64,000 bases of DNA from Bugula neritina (lineage: Eukaryota; Animalia; Bryozoa). Below, piece by piece: positions 13,101 to 24,623 of this stretch. Where the stretch lies: assembly GCA_964035545.1 (NCBI GenBank), contig OZ037771.1:4847628-4911627 (forward strand), given 5' to 3'. Numbering within the stretch: the stretch's first letter is position 1; every line of letters starts with the position of its first letter. Both the position numbers and the translations under genes were made by a program. The notes under the pieces are model-generated. The model was given only the letters and a program-made list of their open reading frames with translations. It did no database searches and was not told the DNA's origin.

Positions 13101-16100
13101 GATTTCGCTATTCTCATGTATCACACCTCTGCCCAACTGTATGCATCTGGATCAGGTCCATTTTTCTACCTCTCCAAGGCGAGTATATAGTAGTCTATGG
13201 TAGCTTCATTATCTTCAAGAAGTATTTTGTTTTCTATATTCATACGAAGGCTCATGTCTTGCTGCAGTAAAGTATATTTATTAAAAAAAATTCCTAATAA
13301 CTTAATTCTTGTTTTGTATGAAGTCGTCGCATGTTTGATTTAGTATGTCTTTAGCCAGCTGTGTTTTCTAGTTAGAAGGGTATAAAGAAGCAAGACTTTG
13401 GAGGAAGATATTTGTATGGGCTGAACATAAGGTGAGATATGTGAAAGATGTGGGGGAAATTTGACTTTTAAAGTATTGGTTGTGTAGCAGACACATAGTG
13501 GATATATCTTTATACTTTAGAGTTTAGAGGTATTATCTACTAGCTTGCTGTGTTTTTGATTTTTATTATTTTTGCAAGAAATTGGAATTCATAAATTAGA
13601 TTTTACGAGATTAAATACCTACAAAGTAAAGTTTTTACATGTATGTAACTTTAAACTCACTGTAAGCTACACATGATCAACACCATCAGTTGCAAAGTCT
13701 GTAACCTTTTTTAAGCAGTTTAGTAAGTTATGCATATGATATGCGCCGTTAGTGATATGAAACCTATAATTGTGGTATCAGTCCTCTTCATTTCCTGTCT
13801 AGAAGGTCATAGGTCAAACTGCTGGTATGGTTTACAGAAAAAGTAGCAAGTTTTAATGTTTCGATATATTTTTAAGGCTTTTTATAGACTCTGTTTGGTG
13901 CTTTCAGCTAGGAATGCCGGTGGGTTCAATAAAAGCCTGTGTTCTTATAGAGAACATTCTCGCCGCCTTTGAAATGGAGGAGATACTGTATGAACTGAGG
14001 ACCCACAGTCTAGGACTGAATTGTGGGATATGGGACTACTGCGCTTCCATAATCAACAAGTTTGGTCAGTGAGCTTTATCATATGCTACATTAGTGTTTC
14101 AATTCCTTTTACTCTTTAGTAAATTCTGCATTTTTATTTTTATTTCTATCAGATAAGAAATTATGTTTATAATTGAAGTTTCTAATTTGCTTCCAGACAT
14201 GCTAATCATTGTAGAACAGCTGTACATTTAAAATTCTATTTGTGTGAAAATGAAAGTTTTCTGTTTTGTCGGCAACACTGTGAGTTGTGCAATAAATGGT
14301 TTAATATGTTATTCTCTACAAATATAGAACTTTTTAGCACATAGGTGTGACTTCACATCCATTTAGTTTGTGCGACAGCATTCTAATCAATTTGATCTCT
14401 ATATGCAGGCACTCGGCAAGAGTTTCGGTTGCCAGACCGCAGTAAATACGTAAACATGCAGAAACACTTTCTGGAGAGTTACTGCATGTTAGTTGTTGAT
14501 GTGTGCCATAAGAGAGGTGCTCTTGCCACTGGAGGTATGAATGCAAAGATGCTGCCTGCTGGGAATTCTCATGTCAGAGAGGAGATAACTCAACAAGTGT
14601 GTATGTAAGCGTGTTACTTTGTCACGCTGCCGATAAAGTAGTTAATTCCTGCTGCTAAGTTTAAAAAGCAGATGGTTGACTAGATGCTTTTATAAAACAC
14701 ATGAGATAGAATTAAAATTGCAGTTAATTTTAACGCAAGTTTGTAGCACAAAAAGTTATCTCCCCTCAAAATGAAGTAGTAGTAATCTAAACTCAATTCA
14801 AGTCAAATCAAAAGTTGTAAACACAAGTTCTGCAAACACCTGTAACATTACACCTTACTGCGAGTGTTAGAGTTGTGTGACAGTAAATGGGGGGTGGCAG
14901 ACGGGTATTGAGGTGGGAAATCTATATTCTGTAACTACTGTGCTGGTAAGTCAATTCAGCTTCATAATTCAGTCTGCAATCCAAGTGACAAAGTTTATAG
15001 TTGGTTTACAAGGCTAGGTAATTTTACTGTCAGCATACTGTGTCTTTCACAAAGACCAACAAACTGTAAATAGTAAAAGTGTTTACTAGTTAGTAGTATA
15101 ATTAGTATAATTACAAGTCTACACTGCCATCTTGTCTGGTAGCTTTCTGTATCATTTTGAATTCTTTTCCGAAAAAGCCTAAAAGTCATATTACAAAGTG
15201 CTACTTTGTATGTAATGATAATGTAACGAACATGTTTCATGCATCTTTAGCACACTCGAGTCTTCCTTGGGTCTCAAGTTGCATCATACTATTTCACAAT
15301 TTACTTTACTCAAGGTTTAAGTCAAAATTTGAGTCTATCTTTTGTTAGGTCTAAGAAACTGGAGTTGGAGCTGGGAGTGGATGGATTCATGTTGTACGAC
15401 ATGCAGTTTATTCCAGCAGCTAAGAGAATGGTGGACAAACTCATACCCTCCGACAATCAGCTGCACAAGAGAGAACTTAGTCTAACAGTAACAGCTGCTG
15501 ACCTACTTTCATTACCTGAGGTTGTTTACATACAATATATCTATAGTTGTGTAAAAACAGATTTGTTCTATATATGTAACTACATAGATTACTTGTACAT
15601 ATATAATAATTTGTATGATTTTAACACACACACAGTGTAATTTTACATTTCCAATTGCTGGTAAAGCCTACTGATATGGATTTACTAGAAGTGTATCAAT
15701 AGTGTCCTCTTAATGTAGGTTGCAGACATATTATTGAACGTTACAGACAGTTGATGCTAATGAAAGACAAGCAATTCTCACTTTTTCTTAATAGCAACAT
15801 ATTAACCCGATTTATACTTTCAGTTACTTATCAGAGTGATTAAATGTCTAGCTACGTGCCGCATACTGAACTTGGTTTAATTTCAATCTGAAGAACTTAA
15901 AATAAAGTGCCCTGCATTTCAGTTTCCACTTGTTTATAAGATATGACATTACTGTAGTACAAGCTGCTATGTATCATTTTCCGGACATTAATTGTTGATG
16001 CTCATTTATACTTGTGTTATTAATGTATATGCGACTGTTTTCAGGGTTCAGTAACAAGAAATGGTTTGATCCTCAATATCACTGTCGGAATATTGTTTAT

Positions 16101-19100
16101 AAAAGCTTGGTTGCAAGGTTAGTCATTTTATCTCATATTGAGTTGTAATACATTACCCAGTCTATGTTAGCAAAATCTGTATGAATTATCTGATAATTGA
16201 ACAAGGCCAACTGTTTTTCAAAGTGGCTATTCTTAGAGGTCAAGGGTGAATCTTAACTAATATTCTATTGGTTTAGGTTTTGCAAGTTGATTTCAGTCAT
16301 TTAGAAAAGCTGTCATCATGTGGCAACAAAATAAATACTCTCTGAATCAGGCTGAAGTGTTGGCATCCCTTGTAATTGAGAGTTGTCTTTTCTAGCACAA
16401 GTTGTATTTGATGCTGAGTGGTAGACTGATTGTTGTCTATCTTGTTAAAAGTTAGGAGATTTGTGACTGATAAAGTAATACTTAAGTTGGGTTATGTTGC
16501 CAGACTTCAACACTGTGAGTTGTTTGCTGACAGGAAAAGGTGTCTTCGTGTACAACGGAGCTGTGGAAGATTCTGCGACAGCTGAGATCTCAAGATCTCA
16601 GGTCTGGCAATGGATACGGCATGAAGAAACGCTGGAGGAAAGTGAGGAGGTTATTGATATGCCCCTCATTCTTGGTCTTGTATCAGATATAATAAAGGAG
16701 CTTAGGCTGAATCAAACAGTATCTGTTGCCGAGGAACCTCTGCTACTGACCGCAGCTCAGGTAACACTGTAGCGCCACACACTTCCTTTATTTCTAAGTT
16801 GTGTAGTTTGACTCTAAGATATCAAAATTATTTTCCTGACTAAAGCTTAGTAATTTCAAGACCCGACTGTATTACTTCTGTACACTTAGAGCAGTGCTTA
16901 TCACAAGTAACATTTGTAATGTTTTGAATGTGTGCTGCATGCAATGGTGTTGTTTATTATTACTGCATGAATCAGATAGTGTTTGGCAACTGTATGATGT
17001 CATATTCTGTATATATATAAGATGAAGATTTACAAATATAAGTTAGTTTTAGCCCTCAACCGAGTGTAGTCTCTACAGCATAAATATATAATAACTGCAA
17101 ATTAACGCAACATAAAATTGGCGACGAGGATAATCTGATAGTGGCAGCTCGAGATTTCAAAATGGCTACTGGATCTATACCGCAGTTTAGTGGGAAGATA
17201 GAACATTATATGCAGAGGTTAGAGAGTTATTTTCTTATACACAAGACAGATGCTGACTTGAAGAAGCATGTACTGATTATGGGACTTTCAGAGAGTCAAT
17301 ACGAAACTTTGACAGACTTGGTATCACCAGAGATGCCACAGGATGTTAGCTATGACAATCTAGTACAGCAGCTAAAGAGGCATTATGGTACAGTGACAAA
17401 TAAAATGGTTGAGAGGGCGAAGTTTAGAGAAGTCAAGAGATCACCGAATGAATCTGTGACAGACTTCGTGGCTAGACTGAGGGCACAAGCTAGATCATGT
17501 GAGTTTGGGAATGTGCTACATGATAATTTGCTTGAACAATTTAGAATAGGGGTGCAAAGTAAGACAATCAGAGAGAGGATAACTGCTATGGCAGCAGAAC
17601 AGCAATCCAAGCTTCAAGCAGTGATAGATGTTGCACTGCAAGTTGAAGTTGATGAAAAGATGGACAATGTCAAGTTAAACAGTGCACCAGAAAATGTTTC
17701 AGCCGTGAGAAATGGAAGGGTCAATAGTGGAGCAAGACCTAAGCATACAGAAAATAATAGCAAAAGTCAAGCTATTTGCTACAGGTGCTCTAGGACCGGA
17801 CATTTGGCGAGTAGTAACAGTTGTCCAGCGAAGGATAAAACGTGCAAGGACTGTGGCAGGAAAGGACATTTTGCCAAGTCGAAGTTCTGTAAAGGCACAA
17901 CAAAGCACCATACAGTGGCAAAAGTAGAGGAGATGAGCGAGGAAACGTTGTTCGCTGTGAAGGGAAAATCTGAAATACCAAAATGTGATGTGACCATTGT
18001 GGGTGAGAGTATTTTATTTCTAATTGACACAGGAGCTTGCAACAATATCATAGATTTGGCTGCCTATAACAGGATCAAGCACAAAGTTATGCTGCGGCCA
18101 ATAAGCGAGGCTTTGTATGCTTATGGCAGTGACAAGCAATTAAACATGATTGGTTGTTTTGATACTGAAATGAAGTGTGCTGCATATATTGCTAAGGCTA
18201 CTGTGTATGTTTTTAATGGCTATGCTAAGTGCTTACTAAGTGGTAAAACAGCCACAGATTTACATCTCTTGTCTTTTGATAGTAATGTTTATAATGTAAG
18301 TGCTGAAGATCAGTGTGAAATTGTTAGACAATTTCCAGAAGTTTTTCAAGGTGTGGGAAAACTCAAAAGGGTGAAAGCAAAATTTCACGTTGATGAAACA
18401 GTAACACCAGTTGCTCAGCCAGTGCGTAGGTTACCATTGGGGTTCAAAGATAAGGTGAAGCAAAAGCTAGATGATTTGTTAGCTAATGACATTATTGAGC
18501 CCGTTGCTGGAGTTGGTACGACATGGGTGAGTCCATTGGTGGTAGTTTTGAAAGATAATGGGGAAATTAGACAAACAGTTGACATGCGCCAGGCAAATAA
18601 GGCTATTTTGAGGGAAAGACACCCTATTCCAACTGTTAAAGAGATGCTAGCTAATTTAGAAGGGGCTCAAGTTTTTTCAAAGTTGGACTTGAGGCAAGGT
18701 TTTCACCAGGTGGAAATTGAGGAAAATTCAAGGCCTATTACAACTTTTATCACACCCTTTGGCTTGTTTAGATATAAAAGGCTAACGATGGGTACAAATG
18801 CCAGCCCAGAGCAATTTCAGTATATCATACAGCAAGCATTAGCAGGTTTGGCAGGAGTCCAAAATATGGCTGATGATATTATTTTATTTGCATCAAACAA
18901 GCTAGAGCATGATGAGAGGTTGAAAGCATTACTTTTGAGACTCAAACAAGTAGGCTTGACACTGAATGCTAGCAAGTGTGAATTTAGAGTTAGCTCAGTG
19001 AAGTTCCTTGGCTTTATTATCTCAGGTAGCGGAATTTCAGCTGACCCAGAGAAAGTTAAATCAATAGTTGAATTTCAACCACCGAAAAATGCGACTGATT

Positions 19101-21956
19101 GCAGGAGCTTCCTTGGCTTGGTAAATTTTGTGGGAAAATTTATTCCAGATTTAGCTAGTGTATCAGAGCCTATTAGGCAAGTCACTCGAAAGTCTGTTCA
19201 GTTCACTTGGGGTAAAGAACAGCAAGGTGCTTTTAACAAAATTAAAACTCTCATGGCCAATGCTAAGACGCTGGCTCATTTTGATTCAAAATTGAAAACC
19301 AGTGTTGTGGTTGATGCTAGCCCATTTGCATTAGGAGCTGTTTTAGTGCAGGGAGATAGAGTGGTGGCATATGGACACCGCGGGTTGACAGATATTGAGC
19401 GTAGATATAGTCAAACAGAGAGGGAGGCTTTGGCAATAGTGTGGGCCTGTGAACATTTCATGATGTACTTGTTAGGCATTGAGTTCGAGCTAATAACAGA
19501 CCACAGACCCCTGGCATTTATATTTAATAATCCTAGCTCTAAGCCAGTTCCTAGGATAGAGAGGTGGTCATTACGCTTGCAGTCATTTAGGTTTACAGTG
19601 AAATATAAACCTGGTAAAGGAAACATAGCTGATCCGCTCTCTAGGCTGTGTAATGTGATGAATCACAAAGTAAACAGTATTGCTACAGTAGCAGCAGATG
19701 ATTATGCTAGGCAGATTGTCAAAGAGGCAGTGCCAATAGCTATTAAATGGAAAGACTTGGTAGTTAAGTCTAGTTCATGCAAAGAAGTTCAAAATGTTCT
19801 AGAAGCATTAAAATCTAATGAAATGCAGAAATGTAGCAGATCGTACCAAGTTGTGGAGAATGAACTAAGTGAAATTGATGGCGTGTTACTCAGAGGTAGT
19901 AGGATAGTAATACCAGTTGCACTTAGAGAACATGTGCTGAAATTAGCACATGAAGGGCATCAGGGCATAGTGAAGACCAAACAAAGACTTAGATCTAAAG
20001 TGTGGTGGCCTAAAATGGATGATGAGGTTGAGAAATTTTGCAGGAATTGTGCTGACTGTGTCAAAGTAAGTCAACCAAACCCACCAGAACCTTTGTCAAT
20101 GACTAAAATGCCAAGTAAGCCGTGGTCATTTTTGAGTGCTGACCTGCTTGGACCACTGCCAAATGGGCAGCATGTAATTGTTATGATTGATTATTATAGC
20201 AGATTTTTTGAGTGTGCATTTCTGAATAGCACTACAAGTGAAAAGGTAGTAGAATTCATGGATACAGTTTTCTCAAGATTTGGATTTTGTGAAGCAATCA
20301 GAACTGACAATGGGCCTCAATTTGTGTCAGGGGTTTTTCAAAATTATTTGGCAGAAAATAACATAAAATGGGTATCAACTACTCCGTTGTGGCCGCAGGC
20401 TAATGCTGAAGTAGAGCGAGTAAATAGAACACTTCTGAAATCATTGAAAATTGCTCACAGTAAAAGGGAGAATTTAGGTAGGGAGCTTAGAAAATTCTTG
20501 TTAGCCTACCGCTCAACACCTCACAGCAGTACAGGCATCGCTCCATATACTTTGTTATTTGGGAGGGTGATGAGAACTAAATTGCCTGATTTAGAGGGAG
20601 AGATAGATGACACAGTACATGAAAAGGCTAACATTAATGATGCTATGGCCAAGTTAAAATGCAAAGAATATGCAGATGCTAGACGTGGGGCTAGGGAATC
20701 TGAAGTAGAAGTAGGGGATGAAGTTTTGTTGAGGGAGGAGGATAAAGGAAAATTAAGTTGCAACTTTGGCAATGATAGGCATGTAGTAACATCCAAACAG
20801 GGCTCCGATATTGTATGTGAAAACCCAAGCAATGGCAAGGTTACTAGGCGCAACTCGACTTTTGTCAAAGTTATCCCCAAAACACCTAGTTTAAATAAGA
20901 ATGATTCACCTGTGGGTGATGCCAACACCCAGCAAAGGCCTCAACGTGTTAGAAAACAACCTGATTGGTATGGGGATGTGGTAATTCATGCACTGGATGA
21001 GTAATATAAGATAATAATGAAATCTTTCAAATCCCAATTTGAGATTGCCACACCTTTTAGCAATATTTACTTATGATAGTCTAAATGCTGTTTGTTTTGT
21101 TAAAGCTACTATATTTGATGAGTAGCTAATTGTTTATGAATTGCTGTTTATTAGAAATTACTATTGCATGTCATTTTATCTAAACTTAGTCTAGAGCACT
21201 TGTGAAACTAATTACTTTTAGATGTTATGGGTAACTAATTATCTTTGTGAAGAAAAGAAGGGTTGTAATGTTTTGAATGTGTGCTGCATGCAATGGTGTT
21301 GTTTATTATTACTGCATGAATCAGATAGTGTTTGGCAACTGTATGATGTCATATTCTGTATATATATAAGATGAAGATTTACAAATATAAGTTAGTTTTA
21401 GCCCTCAACCGAGTGTAGTCTCTACAGCATAAATATATAATAACTGCAAATTAACGCAACATAAAAACATTGGTTATCAAAAGCAGCTGATAGGGTGATG
21501 AATGATCAATCTCTTTGCATTATTTTATCGTCGTTTACTTGGTGATAAATATCATGGCAAGCGGACTGAACCTCCTTGCGGAAAGGAAGGTGTTGAAGGG
21601 ATTTGTACGTTCTGTTCAGCATTCATCTTCATAAATCAACTACTTGTAAATTGATAGGTTGGAGCTGTGTGTTCAACAGCCACCAATGAGTTGCCATTTT
21701 CATTCAAAACTTGTCCTCGTGAGATATTTTGTCTTTCTATAAGTAGTTCTAAAGCAACTGCTATGTGCAATATGCCTAATGAAACATGGGGAATTATGTT
21801 CTCCTGAAAACTAGCAACTTCTACATCGAAACTTTGTAGATTTTCTTAGAGGTGGTTGGCAAGAGAGATTTTCCTGAGTTTATTACAACATATTTAAACG
21901 AGAGCCACACTTGGCTATCCCATCAACAACCTGTTTACCATCAATCTAAACTGTAA
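10124..21956 (+). CDS. Malate synthase (A-type), ~542 aa, C-terminal PTS1 (SKL)
   Basis: Exons 10124-10252, 11055-11273, 12451-12541, 12991-13178 (GC donor), 13372-13431, 13908-14064, 14409-14604, 15349-15520, 16045-16117, 16534-16760, 21840-21956 sum to 1629 nt in frame. Motifs: [85 protein letters not shown]; ends ...HQSKL*. Confidence 0.92.
12851..13023 (+). repeat. 52-bp tandem repeat (~3.3 copies) spanning the intron 3/exon 4 boundary of malate synthase
   Basis: Units start at 12851, 12903, 12955 and 13007 (acaagcacctgttctg...); AG acceptor-like sites end at 12886, 12938 and 12990. Confidence 0.85.
16915..17117 (+). repeat. 5' LTR
   Basis: Starts TGTAATG and matches 21264-21466; contains TATA-like TATATATAAG near 17012. 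Confidence 0.92.
17119..17131 (+). other. Primer binding site, tRNA-Ser(GCT)-type
   Basis: TGGCGACGAGGAT is the reverse complement of the 3' end (ATCCTCGTCG+CCA) of metazoan tRNA-Ser(GCT), as recalled; not searched. Confidence 0.7.
17162..21004 (+). CDS. Gypsy gag-pol polyprotein (~1280 aa)
   Basis: ORF 17141-21004, first ATG at 17162. Two CCHC knuckles ([20 protein letters not shown]), protease LIDTGA, RT ([14 protein letters not shown]), RNase H (VDAS, TEREALA, TDHRPL), integrase ([28 protein letters not shown]) in the Gypsy order PR-RT-RH-IN. Confidence 0.95.
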   Translation: MATGSIPQFSGKIEHYMQRLESYFLIHKTDADLKKHVLIMGLSESQYETLTDLVSPEMPQDVSYDNLVQQLKRHYGTVTNKMVERAKFREVKRSPNESVTDFVARLRAQARSCEFGNVLHDNLLEQFRIGVQSKTIRERITAMAAEQQSKLQAVIDVALQVEVDEKMDNVKLNSAPENVSAVRNGRVNSGARPKHTENNSKSQAICYRCSRTGHLASSNSCPAKDKTCKDCGRKGHFAKSKFCKGTTKHHTVAKVEEMSEETLFAVKGKSEIPKCDVTIVGESILFLIDTGACNNIIDLAAYNRIKHKVMLRPISEALYAYGSDKQLNMIGCFDTEMKCAAYIAKATVYVFNGYAKCLLSGKTATDLHLLSFDSNVYNVSAEDQCEIVRQFPEVFQGVGKLKRVKAKFHVDETVTPVAQPVRRLPLGFKDKVKQKLDDLLANDIIEPVAGVGTTWVSPLVVVLKDNGEIRQTVDMRQANKAILRERHPIPTVKEMLANLEGAQVFSKLDLRQGFHQVEIEENSRPITTFITPFGLFRYKRLTMGTNASPEQFQYIIQQALAGLAGVQNMADDIILFASNKLEHDERLKALLLRLKQVGLTLNASKCEFRVSSVKFLGFIISGSGISADPEKVKSIVEFQPPKNATDCRSFLGLVNFVGKFIPDLASVSEPIRQVTRKSVQFTWGKEQQGAFNKIKTLMANAKTLAHFDSKLKTSVVVDASPFALGAVLVQGDRVVAYGHRGLTDIERRYSQTEREALAIVWACEHFMMYLLGIEFELITDHRPLAFIFNNPSSKPVPRIERWSLRLQSFRFTVKYKPGKGNIADPLSRLCNVMNHKVNSIATVAADDYARQIVKEAVPIAIKWKDLVVKSSSCKEVQNVLEALKSNEMQKCSRSYQVVENELSEIDGVLLRGSRIVIPVALREHVLKLAHEGHQGIVKTKQRLRSKVWWPKMDDEVEKFCRNCADCVKVSQPNPPEPLSMTKMPSKPWSFLSADLLGPLPNGQHVIVMIDYYSRFFECAFLNSTTSEKVVEFMDTVFSRFGFCEAIRTDNGPQFVSGVFQNYLAENNIKWVSTTPLWPQANAEVERVNRTLLKSLKIAHSKRENLGRELRKFLLAYRSTPHSSTGIAPYTLLFGRVMRTKLPDLEGEIDDTVHEKANINDAMAKLKCKEYADARRGARESEVEVGDEVLLREEDKGKLSCNFGNDRHVVTSKQGSDIVCENPSNGKVTRRNSTFVKVIPKTPSLNKNDSPVGDANTQQRPQRVRKQPDWYGDVVIHALDE
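21264..21466 (+). repeat. 3' LTR
   Basis: Preceded by the PPT; matches the 5' LTR. Confidence 0.92.
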
Positions 21957-23190
21957 ATAGAAACAGTTCCCAGACCTTTCAATAAGGTAGTCATCCCAGG
22001 AACTTGGCAAATGCTACTTCATCAGGTAACTGAGCCAGTAATTCTAGTAGTTAAAATGATTTATTTAATGATTTCTAGTAATTATAATGATTTATTTGAT
22101 GATTTATTTTGGCAAAATCTATACAGTATTGTTAGACTTGAATTATCAATTATTTTTACATAAAATATTTTTTTGATTTGCATGAAAGAGTATATGATAA
22201 TATAAAATAGAACTAACAAATCCAATGAAAACTAACTAGTTTGTTATCCAAATGTTGCAAATCATATTCTAAGTTAAGAAACAGGTAAAAAGTAATCTAA
22301 AATTATGAAAAGAAACTGTACAATTGTTCATAGCAAAATCAGAGTGGCAAAAATGTCAAGTGATGCGCTAAAGCAGTCACTAGTCACAGTTAGTTGAGCT
22401 AGTCACAGTTAGTTGAGCTAGTAATGTAGTCTACACATTAGGAGATCAACCTCTGCAATATAACGATGTATAAAATACCTTTACACCTAGGATAAGACTA
22501 AAATATAACATGAACTAATAAAGTATACAGTAGAGATGAAGAGTTAATTTGTCACATCAACTTACTTATAAACATTTATAGTAAACAAAATTGTCTAACA
22601 AAAGTGGAAGCAAAATATGCATAGATCTCCATACCACATACATGCTGCATTAGCAGCTATTGTCAAAACCACTTCAATATAGTATTATACTCTAGCACAG
22701 CAATGTAACCTCTGATAGTGTAATAACTATGGTCCTCTAATTATTATTGTTACAAAATATAAAACATGTTTAATTAAAATTGATTTAAAGTTATTGTACA
22801 CAAAGTAGTTAGCTATCATACAATATAGTTATGGTACGCAGGCAAATGAATCTCCACTGATAAAATGTGGAACTACCAATGGCTGGTTGTAAAAACATCA
22901 CCAGCTTAACAAATATTTTGAAGTACACTATAATTAAAAATATTTGACTTAGCTGAAAAATTTGCCTAGTTTATTTTTAGTGCAAATATTAAAAAATAAA
23001 ATGATGCAAGTACACTGGCGGATTATACACATAATTTATCTTATTTTCAAGTACTGATAACATTTTAAGTCTCCTGTTGGTATCACCATGCAGACTACAG
23101 CACATTAAAAGAGGTAATGAAATATGTTGGAATATAGCAAGGCATAAAAATGTTGGCAATAAATTTCTATTTATCTTCTCCATTGTTTGA

Positions 23191-24623
<1,433 letters not shown>

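Larger units (their letters stand above)
16915..21466 (+). mobile_element. Full-length Ty3/Gypsy LTR retrotransposon (Mag-like) in the last intron of malate synthase
   Basis: Two 203-bp direct repeats (16915-17117, 21264-21466), identical by eye; ACATT duplicated at 16910-16914 and 21467-21471; PBS at 17119-17131; polypurine tract AAGAAAAGAAGGG just before the 3' LTR; single intact gag-pol ORF. Confidence 0.95.

Noticed and set aside
17383-20928. Antisense and alternative-frame ORFs within gag-pol
   Set aside because: Short shadow ORFs of a long coding frame, with no recognisable domains.
21492-21572. Possible C/D-box snoRNA (GTGATGA ... CTGA, short AGG/CCT stem) in the last malate synthase intron
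   Set aside because: No convincing internal D'/C' boxes or recognisable rRNA-complementary guide; such short motifs arise by chance. snoscan or small-RNA data would be needed.
10124-21956. Malate synthase as bacterial contamination or recent horizontal transfer
   Set aside because: Ten spliceosomal introns, a PTS1, host-like composition and contiguity with animal-type genes.
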